Shown piece after piece: positions 53,245 to 62,359 of a DNA stretch of 64,000 bases. The position numbers were made by a program, and so were the translations under genes. A model generated the notes under the pieces. It worked only from the letters and a program-made list of their open reading frames with translations, ran no database searches and was not told the DNA's origin. Position 1 is the first letter of the stretch. Every line of letters begins with the position of its first letter. The DNA is from an uncultured candidate division Zixibacteria bacterium (GTDB taxonomy: Bacteria > Zixibacteria > MSB-5A5 > GN15 > FEB-12), in contig CAWDXE010000008.1 in assembly GCA_963806185.1 (NCBI GenBank), forward strand, positions 57,639 through 121,638, given 5' to 3'.

Positions 53245-53736
53245 CTATCGAAGTGTCCAGAGCGATATGCCCAATTGCACAGAACCGGATGGATTCGTGA
53301 AATCCCCACTGCCCACGGTCAACCCGATTTCGGTATAAACGAATTTCCACTTCCAGTGATAGTTGCAGCCGATATACGCCCAGGTGTCCTTGTCCGAACC
53401 ATCGACAATCTCAGAATAACCCACGCCCAATGACACAGCAGTATATGAGTTCTTACCCGGTCGAACCCCTCTCACTCCGCCGACAAAAATCCCGCCGACA
53501 TGATCATTTGCCTCTCCCTCAATATATCCGCCGGATACAACACCGCCCCACCCCGCTTGACTGAAGCGCAGGATCGTCAGGTTTAGCCCCGCAGGTGATC
53601 CCAGAGTCAATGCTATCGACCCCCGCATCGGCGGCTTGACGGTTTCCTCAAACTGTTCCGAATGACTTGAAGCGACAAGTACGGCGACGACCAGACATAT
53701 CATCGCCGTCACAACACGACACACTCTCGATCCCAT
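53245..53736 (-). CDS. Hypothetical secreted protein, possible small outer-membrane beta-barrel
   Basis: Signal-peptide-like N-terminus; Gly/aromatic alternating strands, ends VQLGISLWTLR. Confidence 0.6.
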   Translation of the reverse strand: MGSRVCRVVTAMICLVVAVLVASSHSEQFEETVKPPMRGSIALTLGSPAGLNLTILRFSQAGWGGVVSGGYIEGEANDHVGGIFVGGVRGVRPGKNSYTAVSLGVGYSEIVDGSDKDTWAYIGCNYHWKWKFVYTEIGLTVGSGDFTNPSGSVQLGISLWTLR

Positions 53737-53813
53737 AGTACAAGACCCCTTGATGCAAAAGCCAGTGTATCGTCAATGTAGCGCTAATAGTCCGCAATGA
53801 CAAGTGGAACCCC

Positions 53814-54461
53814 CTACCCCCTCCGATGAAACACCAACCCCGCCCCTTCGACCTTCACGTACGCTTTCTTACTCACGACCCGATTCCGCAACGACAGCGC
53901 CATTCCTCGACGGATCATCGTCCGCTTCACATCGTACGCCGTCCCTTCGCACGTCAGCCGTATCCGATCGGAAATCGCCACCACTGAGATCAAGTCCCCC
54001 GCGCACCCGTCGAACCGCTGCGTCGCGTTGTGCAATAGCACGATTTCATGTCGCGCATTGTAAATGCGAATTTTCGGCCGATACCGCGCCAGCGGATGCC
54101 ACTCCGCCAGCGTCAGCAGCATCAGATTCCCCAGAAAATGATCCGGCTCACCCATCGACGGCTGCACGATCGTGATTTCCTTCGGCTTCTGCGCCAGCGA
54201 CCATTCCAGCGCCAACTGTGCGTCAGTCTTGTCTTTCTTCGACGGATGTTTGATAAGGATCGTCTTCGTGTGTATACGCTTCGTGGCGTTGGCCAGCGAA
54301 TCCAGATCGCCGATCAACAGTTGCGGGGCCATCCCCGCCTTCTCAAAAAAGCGGTGCCCGCCGTCGACCGCAATCGTCACCTTGCCGCGACACAACTTGC
54401 GATACAGATCGATATATTTTGATTGGTAAACGCCGTTCAGAAACATGATGTGCGGACGCAT
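53814..54461 (-). CDS. thiN: Thiamine diphosphokinase
   Basis: IAVDGG, LIGDLDS, KDKTDAQLAL, DHFLGN, LSLRN. Confidence 0.9.
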   Translation of the reverse strand: MRPHIMFLNGVYQSKYIDLYRKLCRGKVTIAVDGGHRFFEKAGMAPQLLIGDLDSLANATKRIHTKTILIKHPSKKDKTDAQLALEWSLAQKPKEITIVQPSMGEPDHFLGNLMLLTLAEWHPLARYRPKIRIYNARHEIVLLHNATQRFDGCAGDLISVVAISDRIRLTCEGTAYDVKRTMIRRGMALSLRNRVVSKKAYVKVEGAGLVFHRRG

Positions 54462-54463
54462 GC

Positions 54464-55438
54464 TCAGGCCATTTCCAGAACGACCCCACCCGCACCCAGC
54501 AGCGCCGCCTTTTCTTCGATAATGATCCCCACCGGCATGTTCTTCAGGAGCGCCTCCATCTTCCCCTTCTTCACGAACCGCTCCATAAACCGCCCGCCGT
54601 CCAACAACGTGATGATCTGCGGCGCGATCTGCCCACCCACGTAAATGCCGCCGGTCGTCATCCCTTTCAGCGCCAGGTTGGCCGCCTCCGACGCCAGACA
54701 GTCGATAAATATATCAACCGTCTTGATGGCCGTCTCATCTTTCCCCGACAACGCCAATTCGATAATGAGGCCCGGCAATTCATCCGCCTTCTCGATCTTC
54801 TTTGATGCTTTGTGCCCCTGCGTCTCCGTGAGGAAGTAGTAAATCTTCTCCAGCCCCGTCCGGCTGATCACATCTTCCGCCTCAACATGCCCCTGTTCGG
54901 CGTAGATATACTCCCACAATTCCATTTCAAGCTGGTTACCGGGCGCAAAATCCGAGTGCCCCCCTTCCGATGCATACGGGTGAACCTCGTTCCGGTCGCG
55001 GTAAATGAGCGCTTGCCCCAATCCGCGTCCGGCCGCAATAAGACCCAGATTCCCGTTCGGTCCGTGCACCCCTTCGTTGATCGTGAAAAACCGTTCCGCC
55101 GAAAGGTGCGTCAAGCCGTACGCCGTCGCGACGACGTCGTTCACCAGCCGTACGCGACCGACGGAAAACTGCTTCTCGATATTGTCGCCGGTGATGTACC
55201 ACGGAAGGTTGGTCGTCGTCACCGTGTTCTTGAGCACCGGGCCGGCGACGCCAAAGCAGGCGGCGCTGATCGGCCGCGTGTTTCTCTTCAGGTACAGTTT
55301 GAGTATCGATTCGAGATTGGAGAAATCGCGACTCACGAACCGCTTATGATCATACAACTCGACTTCTGCCTGGTTGTTGCGCACTCGCGCAATATCTGTC
55401 GTCGAACCGCTGATATACCCCGCTAGGAGATCGGCCAT
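54464..55438 (-). CDS. glk: Glucokinase (Glk type)
   Basis: FGVAGPV, TNLPW, LVNDV, SEGGHSDFAP, GGIYVGG, AALLGA. Note the phosphate-loop DIGGT reads YISGS. Confidence 0.85.
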   Translation of the reverse strand: MADLLAGYISGSTTDIARVRNNQAEVELYDHKRFVSRDFSNLESILKLYLKRNTRPISAACFGVAGPVLKNTVTTTNLPWYITGDNIEKQFSVGRVRLVNDVVATAYGLTHLSAERFFTINEGVHGPNGNLGLIAAGRGLGQALIYRDRNEVHPYASEGGHSDFAPGNQLEMELWEYIYAEQGHVEAEDVISRTGLEKIYYFLTETQGHKASKKIEKADELPGLIIELALSGKDETAIKTVDIFIDCLASEAANLALKGMTTGGIYVGGQIAPQIITLLDGGRFMERFVKKGKMEALLKNMPVGIIIEEKAALLGAGGVVLEMA

Positions 55439-56181
55439 TTTGCTACTCGCGCATCCTTTGGATCAATGTGTGCTGCGGCGGCGCGCTCTACAAACCAACG
55501 TGTCTCCTTGGCGGCCACTCGGCCGGCCGGGACTGATTCCCCTGATTCGCCGGGATTCAACGCCCGCCGAACCGCCTCCGCCTTGTCGGATCCGGCTACT
55601 AGAAAGAATACCGCGTGCGAGGCGTTGATTAACGGCAGGGAGAAACTCAGCCGAAACGACTTTTTTGCCGTCACGTACGGCGCGATGATAAATCGGTCGC
55701 TGGGGGGGTCGAAGGCGAAGTCGGGAAACAGCGACGCCGTGTGCCCGTCGGCGCCAAGGCCGAGGAACGTCATGTCAAATCTCGATACCCCATCGAGTTG
55801 CGGCAGAACCGAACGCATCTCCTGCTCGTAGATGGCCGCTTCCTGCCCAATATCATCTGCTTCGCCGCGCATCCGGTGAACGTGATTGTGGTCAATACCC
55901 AGCGGCCGGAAGAGACCTGTTTCCGCGGCTAGGTAGTTCGAATCAGGGTGATCCGCCGCTACAGGCCGTTCATCGGAGAAGAAGAATTCGGCCCGCTGCG
56001 ACAGGATTTGTCTCGCCTCCGGTATCTGTACCAGTTTCTGGTACAGTAACTTAGGCGTATTTCCACCCGACAGCGCGATCATGAATCGCCGGCCTTTGAC
56101 CGCTTTGACGCGGCGCAGGAGTTCTTTAGCGACAGTTTCTGCCATCAGGTCTTTGGTTTTGATGATATGGATAAGAGTCAT
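55423..56181 (-). CDS. pgl: 6-phosphogluconolactonase
   Basis: IALSGGNTP, FFSDER..DHPDSNY, LGLGADGHTASLFP; start MTLIH at 56181. Confidence 0.95.
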   Translation of the reverse strand: MTLIHIIKTKDLMAETVAKELLRRVKAVKGRRFMIALSGGNTPKLLYQKLVQIPEARQILSQRAEFFFSDERPVAADHPDSNYLAAETGLFRPLGIDHNHVHRMRGEADDIGQEAAIYEQEMRSVLPQLDGVSRFDMTFLGLGADGHTASLFPDFAFDPPSDRFIIAPYVTAKKSFRLSFSLPLINASHAVFFLVAGSDKAEAVRRALNPGESGESVPAGRVAAKETRWFVERAAAAHIDPKDARVAKWPIS

Positions 56182-56333
56182 ATTACCAACAATGTACGAT
56201 TGCAACGCTCCCGTCAAGTGTACACCTGGATTCCTTTTTTCGACGACCATGCTCCCCGTTTTCGGTAGCAAACCGCTACAGATTGCAGATCGGGGCTCTT
56301 TGTAGAGGATATTGCACCGAAAGATGTCCCCCT

Positions 56334-56497
56334 ATTGTCATTCTGGAGTCTGACAGGGCAAGCGCGAGCTTGGCCTGTCCGGCTCCAGAAACTCGTCGTC
56401 CACCAATCTCCCCCTTCAGTGGCTGGCGTACGTCTCGTGCGCCAGCCACATGTTCCGACCCTTTGTCATTCCGGACCCTTGGTCCGGAACCCATGGG
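56334..56497 (+). repeat. REP-like mosaic (left flank of the dockerin gene)
   Basis: gtcattctggagtctgacagg..cctgtccggctccagaa, gtggctggcgtacgtctcgtgcgccagcc and gtcattccggacccttggtccggaa. Confidence 0.85.
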
Positions 56498-56631
56498 CCC
56501 GAACGATCAATGACCGGCCTCCATCTCGCCCGCCAGCCCCGATCTTAATTGTTGACAACCAAGCCCACAAACGCGATGTTATAAATAGTCATCCGTCATC
56601 CAATAACCCATACGGTATCGACGGTACATGT

Positions 56632-57441
56632 ATGAAGATTCAATCCATCATACTCTGCAGCCTCGTGTTGCTTTGCGCCTCAGCCTCGGCACAACAAGAC
56701 CCGGACGACCCCGGCGCAGCCGACACGGTGAAATTTATCTGCGACTCTCCCGATCTCTACAGCGGCAAACTCGCCTTCAAACTCGATCTCCTCTTCTATC
56801 ACGATGTCGACATACTCCGCGCGGCGTCGCTTGGCATCGAATGGGACAATGCAAAGGTGATTCTCGACTCGGCGATCGTCGATCCTGCGGCGAAGACTGC
56901 CTTTGGTGGTTGCAGTTCAATGTGGGAACCACCCTGCTTTTCGTTGGTGCCTGCGGAAATTGAGCGCGCCAACCAATTGCGCACCATTGGCGCCTCTGGC
57001 TTCACCATCACCGATATCGGCCTGTCGCCTGATCCCACCGGACCGCAGCTGATCGTCACCTACTGGTTTCATGCGGAGAATTGGCAGCAGTCTGATACTG
57101 TCACTTTTGATACGGCCGCCTTTTCCAGTTTCTCAAGACTCAGTTTTCTGGGTTCGTCGCGCAACGACTACACTCCCGTTTTCGCCGGAGCGGTGACTAT
57201 CCGCGATGCTTCAGCCCTTTGTTGTTCCGGCCTGCGTGGAAATGTCGATTGTTCGGCAAGCGACACGCCCGACATCGGTGACCTGAGCGCTTTGATTGAC
57301 CACCTGTTTATCTCGTACGGCCCGGTCTGCTGTTACGGTGAGGCGTCGATGGACAATCAAGCCGGCGTCGACATCGGCGATCTGACCGCCCTGGTCAATT
57401 TTCTTTTTATCTCGAATGTTCCCCCGCCCTCGTGCGAGTGA
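56632..57441 (+). CDS. Secreted protein with C-terminal Cys-flanked dockerin-like domain
   Basis: Signal peptide MKIQSII..ASA; CCSGLRGNVDCS...DIGDLSALIDHLF...CC..EASMDNQAGVDIGDLTALVNFLF...PPSC. Confidence 0.85.
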   Translation: MKIQSIILCSLVLLCASASAQQDPDDPGAADTVKFICDSPDLYSGKLAFKLDLLFYHDVDILRAASLGIEWDNAKVILDSAIVDPAAKTAFGGCSSMWEPPCFSLVPAEIERANQLRTIGASGFTITDIGLSPDPTGPQLIVTYWFHAENWQQSDTVTFDTAAFSSFSRLSFLGSSRNDYTPVFAGAVTIRDASALCCSGLRGNVDCSASDTPDIGDLSALIDHLFISYGPVCCYGEASMDNQAGVDIGDLTALVNFLFISNVPPPSCE

Positions 57442-57470
57442 CGAAGTCTCAGGCTCTTCAGAACGAATGA

Positions 57471-58036
57471 TGGCTGGCGTACGTCTCGTGCGCCAGCTGC
57501 CTTGCTCCCATCAATTGTCATTCTGGAGTCTGACAGGGCAAGCGCAGGCTTGGCCTGTCTGGCTCCAGAATCTCGTCGTCCACAAATCTCTCCCTTCAGT
57601 GGCTGGCGTACGTCTCGTGCGCCAGCCTCATATCGCGATTCATTGTCATTCTGGACCGAAGGTCCAGAATCTCGTCGTCCACAAATCCCCCCTCTGTCAT
57701 TCAGTGGCTGGCGTACGTCTCGTGCGCCAGCCTCATATCGCGATTCATTGTCATTCTGGGCCAACGGCCCAGAATCTCGTCGTCCACAAATCCCCCCTCT
57801 GTCATTCCGGACCCTTGGTCGGCACCCACGGTCGGAGTTTCTCAAAACCCAATCCACTGCGCCTCACGACACTCTTTCAGTTTTCTTGATTGTAGGTCGA
57901 AACCCTTGCGGTTTCGACCGGTGGGGCAAGAAAGTCTCCCGTAGGTCAGGATCCCCGCTTCTTAGCGGGTGATCCTGACGCTCTGTTCTGTAGGCGCCGC
58001 ACTGGCAGATGGCATCACTGAGCGGAGTCGAAGGGC
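57471..58036 (+). repeat. REP-like mosaic with ~105-bp tandem duplication
   Basis: tggctggcgtacgtctcgtgcgccagc near 57471, 57600 and 57705; tandem units at about 57596-57700 and 57701-57807; gtaggtcagg..cctgacg at 57941-57980. Confidence 0.85.
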
Positions 58037-58054
58037 GATTGTAAGGGTATCCCC

Positions 58055-59575
58055 CTACTTCACCATCACCACCCGCTTTGTCTGCACGCCGTACTTCCCA
58101 ACAGCTCGCACGAAAAACACTCCCGACGGCGTACCCTCCGCTCGCCACGTCACCCTATGCTCACCGGCCGACATCTCCTTGTCCAGAATTATCGCCACCT
58201 TCTGCCCCAGCGCATTGCACACCTCGATCGTGACGTGCTGGCGTTCGTCGACCTCAAAGGGAATCGTAAGTACGGCATTGAACGGATTAGGGTAAGGAAC
58301 GGAGAGACGGAAGGTCGAGGGAAGTTCTGGCTGGCGTGACTCGTCCACATCTGTCGGATCTTGCCACCCCGCGTAAATGTACACTCGGCCATTCATCACA
58401 CTGTAGTTGGAAGCGATAGCGAAATCATCAATTCCATCACCGGTGTAATCACCGATCCCAGCTACCTCGATGCCGAAATCAGTGTGACAGCACGGCAAAT
58501 CGGTGACATGCATGACCCAGTCTGCAGTGGCGTCCATCTGCGTCCCCCCCAGGTACAGCCGGACCTCCCCGACCGATAGTAGACTCGCGTAGCGGCTTGT
58601 GAATACATCCGCATATCCATCGTGATTTATGTCTCCGGCCGGAGCTATTAGCTTACAGTATTCCATGAAGTGAACGTCTGGTATCGTGTCTATCGCCGGG
58701 CCGCCAAAGTAGATGTAGGCAGTACTCTCCGGCCATGTCAGCGGGCCGGTTAACAAGTCCTCAAAGCCGTCGCCATTCACATCGCCCGCATTCTCAACTC
58801 CTGCCCCATACCAGTTCCTTGTCTCGATCCAGTCTCCGGGATAGGCTATTGTGAAGTCAGGGATAGTATCGATGCTGGTACCGCCCCAGTAGAAATATAC
58901 TTCTCCGCGTTCGTGCAACTGATCCTGACGAGGGAAACCAATGGCCAAATCCACCGTGCCATCGCCGTTGAAGTCACCGGAACACATGTCCCACCCAAAG
59001 GCGTAGTTGGTGCCTCGCCGATTGGGAGGGTAGAAGGTCAGGTCCGGAATCGAATCGGCGCTCGGCCAACAAGCATGGAGGGCAACGCTAATGTTGTCGT
59101 CACGCCAATAACTGATCTCTGGTCTACCATCGAGATTCAGGTCGCTCAGAAACGTGATGTTCTTGAGTGGAAGAGGAGCGTCCACGCCGAACCACCCATC
59201 GCGCAATGTGTCCATCCCGGGGCCGCATATATACAAATTGGCTTTCCAGTGATGAGGTGTACGTGACAATATGGCCGCGTCATCGTAACCGTCCCCGTTA
59301 ACGTCCAGAACTCGCGCGATGTCCGGTTGCAATGAATCGATCGTAATGACCGGCGACCCGTTCACAACATTGCCCCCAAAATACAGCGACACACGCGGCG
59401 GAAAACGGAATATCCAGACATCATCGAAGCCGTCCCCGTTCTGGTCCCCTGCCGCGCGGATGCACAGCCCGAACAACGTGGAGTCTTGGATGTAGCCGAT
59501 CAACTGGGGCGCTTGCGCGCTGGCTCCGGCGACCAGCAAAACCGAAAGAAGAATTCCCCACCATATCGTCTTCAT
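58055..59575 (-). CDS. FG-GAP repeat beta-propeller protein with T9SS-CTD-like C-terminal domain
   Basis: Signal peptide; repeated GDxNGDGxxD motifs; LPSTFRLSVPYPNPFN...NALGQKV...SGVFFVR...KRVVMVK. Confidence 0.88.
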   Translation of the reverse strand: MKTIWWGILLSVLLVAGASAQAPQLIGYIQDSTLFGLCIRAAGDQNGDGFDDVWIFRFPPRVSLYFGGNVVNGSPVITIDSLQPDIARVLDVNGDGYDDAAILSRTPHHWKANLYICGPGMDTLRDGWFGVDAPLPLKNITFLSDLNLDGRPEISYWRDDNISVALHACWPSADSIPDLTFYPPNRRGTNYAFGWDMCSGDFNGDGTVDLAIGFPRQDQLHERGEVYFYWGGTSIDTIPDFTIAYPGDWIETRNWYGAGVENAGDVNGDGFEDLLTGPLTWPESTAYIYFGGPAIDTIPDVHFMEYCKLIAPAGDINHDGYADVFTSRYASLLSVGEVRLYLGGTQMDATADWVMHVTDLPCCHTDFGIEVAGIGDYTGDGIDDFAIASNYSVMNGRVYIYAGWQDPTDVDESRQPELPSTFRLSVPYPNPFNAVLTIPFEVDERQHVTIEVCNALGQKVAIILDKEMSAGEHRVTWRAEGTPSGVFFVRAVGKYGVQTKRVVMVK

Positions 59576-59639
59576 CTACCTCTTAGTATACATTCGTTTA
59601 CCCATCTTTCCAACCCCTAATCCCCCCGAAAGGCCCCCC

Positions 59640-60856
59640 ATGCACCCCACCACCGTCAAACTCGCCACCCCCGCCCCTAAACTCACCACCTCCCGCCATC
59701 TGGGCAACATTCTCCGATGGTCCGCCTCCGACCCCCTCAACACCCGCTACCGCACCCAGCTCTACCGCTTCCTCACCGATCAGATCCCCCTCATCAACGC
59801 CGCCATATGGACCTGGGTCCGCCTCTCTGCCGCCCCCGGCTCATGGAAAATTCCCAACGCCGGCGCCGCGATCGAATCCAAAGCCCTCGCTCGCCTCGAA
59901 ACGCTCAATAGCCGCCTCTTCGGTTCGCCGCACACCCGCCCCGTTTCCATCGACGCCATGCTCCCCGATCTCTTCGCCACGCTCTTTCGCGACGGTCTCT
60001 TCGGCGGCATTCTGACAGTCGCGCCCGACGCTTCCTCCGTCGATCGCTTCATCCCCATCGACCCCGCCGATATTATCCGCGAAGATGTCAACGGCAAGCC
60101 CGCTCTTTTCCTCGAACGCGACACTACCCGCATCCCACTCGACCGCCCCGACTTCTACTACATCCCTTTCGCCGCTTCGATCTCCGAGCCGTTCGGCCGC
60201 TCCATTCTTCAAGCGATCCCCTTTGTCGCCTACATCGAACAACAACTCGTCGATGACATGCGCCGCTCCTCGCACAATGCCGGCTTCCACCGTCTGCACG
60301 TGAAAATCACTCCCCCGGAACGCATCTCCGGCGAATCCGACCAGGCTTACACCGAGCGCATCAACGAATACTTCGATGCTACCGTGGAGATGATCCGCTC
60401 GCTGCGATATCGACGACAACCCGGTCACCTGGAACAATGTCGAAATCGATTACATCGGCCCCGACCGTTCGCGCGACGTCGCCAACAGTTGGTTCATGTC
60501 CCACCGCGCTATGATCGAGGATATCTGCGCCGGCGCCAATCTCGCTCCGTTCCTGCTCGGCTACTCGTACGGCGCCACCACCACCTGGTCATCATTCAAA
60601 TTCGACGTCGTCATGCGCCAGGTCCGTTCGCTTCAAGCCGAGGTTTCCCGCTTCCTCGAATGGATCGGCAACGTCGATCTCGCTCTCGCCGGTCTCGACA
60701 CTCGCTGCCGCTTCGTTTTCGATAACACCTTTGCCTATCAGGCCACCGAGCAACGTGAATGTCGAAACCGCCCGCATCGACAACATTCTCAAACTCCACC
60801 AGGCCGGTCTGCTCGACCTCAACACCGCCAAAACGAAAGTGAACGACCTCCTGTGA
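59640..60856 (+). CDS. Phage portal-like protein (frameshifts near 60400 and 60760)
   Basis: Reconstructed ~405 aa with DRFIPIDPADI, SEPFGRSILQAI, NVEIDYIG and MIEDICAGANLAPFLLG, a portal-like layout. Ends CTGTGA overlapping the TerL GTG. The portal call rests on weak motifs plus context. Confidence 0.65.
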
Positions 60857-62181
60857 TTCCCGCTGACATACAAGAGGCCTGGCGGCGCGGTTTCCGCGAC
60901 ATCCCCTTCTTCGCCCAGCACTTTCTCGGCGTCACTCTTCACGACGGCCAAGTCGCCTGGCTTGCCAACTCCACCCAGCCCGAAAACGTCTTGGTCACCG
61001 GCAACCGCTGGGGCAAGTCGTTCGTCTCCGCCGTCAAGCTTCTCCACCACGCCATCTACCGGCCGCGCGATCTGAAGTACGACGACTGCGGCCGCTACCG
61101 CGCCGTTGCCGCCTCCATCACGCAGGATCAGGCCAACCTGATCTTCCGCGATATCGTCCGCCTACTGCGTCGTTCCGACGGGCTGTCGGAATTCGTCGAG
61201 GAAATCCACCGCACCCCCTACCCCGTGATCACCTTTACCACCGGCGCGACTGTCGAAGCACGAAGCACCCAGAACAAGGGCGAATACCTGTTGGGGAACG
61301 ACTACGACCTCGTCATTTTCGACGAGGTCGCCTTCGACCCCGACCCCGAATATGTCGTCGAAGAAGTCATCATGATGCGCCTCGCCGACCGCGCCGGCAC
61401 GCTCGATCTCGTCTCCACCCCCAACGGCAAGAACTGGTTCTACCGCCGTGCTCGCGACATCATCGAAAACAAACGCCGTGGCTACTTTCAATCCGGCGAC
61501 ACCCGTCAGAACCCGTACCTGTCGCACGACTATCTCGATGACCGCGTCGCCTGCTTCTCCGACACTCGCCTGCACCAGAACATCATGGGTGAATTCGTTG
61601 ACTCCGGCGGCGAATTGCTCCGCACTGAAATGATCGATGCCGCTCTCTTGTCCGCCCCCGCCGCTCTCGACCGCTTCACCACTCCGCTCTTCATCTCCGG
61701 CTGGGACCTGGCCCGCAAACAAACCGCCACCGTCGGCATCACCGTCGCCATCGAGAACGGCCTTGCCACCGTCATCGCCCTCGAACGATTCAAACGCTTT
61801 GATTGGGCCGTGGTGATTGAAAAAATCAAACAGCGCCAGCAGGAATACCCCGGCGCCCTTGTCATCGACGCTACCGGTCTTGGCGACGTTATCGCCGAAC
61901 AACTGTCCGACTATCACCCCGAAACCGTCATCTTCACGCCCTCCACCAAGGCCGAGCTGCTGACCAATGTCGAACTCTTCCACGCCCAGCGCCGCGTGCG
62001 CTACAATAAATGGCTGCTCCCCGACGGCCCCGGCCGGGTCTGGTCATTCGACGACGAACTCCGCGCCGCTCGCTGGGACGACAACAATCGTTGCGACGCT
62101 CTCATGGCACTCGCTCTCGCCCTCTGGCCCTTGCGTCAGCGCCCGAAACACATCTTGCAGCCCCGCGTCGGCACCTTCTGA
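60853..62181 (+). CDS. Phage terminase large subunit
   Basis: Q-motif LHDGQ, Walker A TGNRWGKS, ASITQDQA, Walker B LVIFDE, coupling motif VSTPNG, RNase H-like nuclease GWDLA, IDATGLG, CDALMALALA. ~442 aa from GTG 60853. Confidence 0.92.
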   Translation: MIPADIQEAWRRGFRDIPFFAQHFLGVTLHDGQVAWLANSTQPENVLVTGNRWGKSFVSAVKLLHHAIYRPRDLKYDDCGRYRAVAASITQDQANLIFRDIVRLLRRSDGLSEFVEEIHRTPYPVITFTTGATVEARSTQNKGEYLLGNDYDLVIFDEVAFDPDPEYVVEEVIMMRLADRAGTLDLVSTPNGKNWFYRRARDIIENKRRGYFQSGDTRQNPYLSHDYLDDRVACFSDTRLHQNIMGEFVDSGGELLRTEMIDAALLSAPAALDRFTTPLFISGWDLARKQTATVGITVAIENGLATVIALERFKRFDWAVVIEKIKQRQQEYPGALVIDATGLGDVIAEQLSDYHPETVIFTPSTKAELLTNVELFHAQRRVRYNKWLLPDGPGRVWSFDDELRAARWDDNNRCDALMALALALWPLRQRPKHILQPRVGTF

Positions 62182-62217
62182 CATCGGCAGGCAACTGCGC
62201 ACGCCTGCACCCCCTTC

Positions 62218-62246
62218 TTGACAGCCGCAGGTTCCCCCGCTATTGT
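62218..62246 (+). promoter_or_regulatory. Probable sigma70 promoter for the prolyl oligopeptidase gene
   Basis: TTGACA-17 nt-TATTGT. Confidence 0.6.
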
Positions 62247-62359
62247 ATGCCAATGATGTCGCAACGTAATGGCCTGATAGGTCTTCCTATCCCTTCTTGC
62301 TTCACCTCGAGGCATCCGCGTCCAATTCGCATAATAGCTCTGTTTAAACGAGGAATCCC

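Noticed and set aside
57471..57830. Possible CRISPR array (regularly spaced palindromic ~28-bp repeats)
   Set aside because: The intervening sequences are themselves repeated and palindromic, the same unit is dispersed elsewhere in the window, and no cas genes are present.
60496..62181. 561-aa ORF read as a portal-terminase fusion
   Set aside because: Better explained by an indel near 60760. The alternative frame gives a sensible portal C-terminus ending at TGA 60856, overlapping the TerL GTG at 60853.
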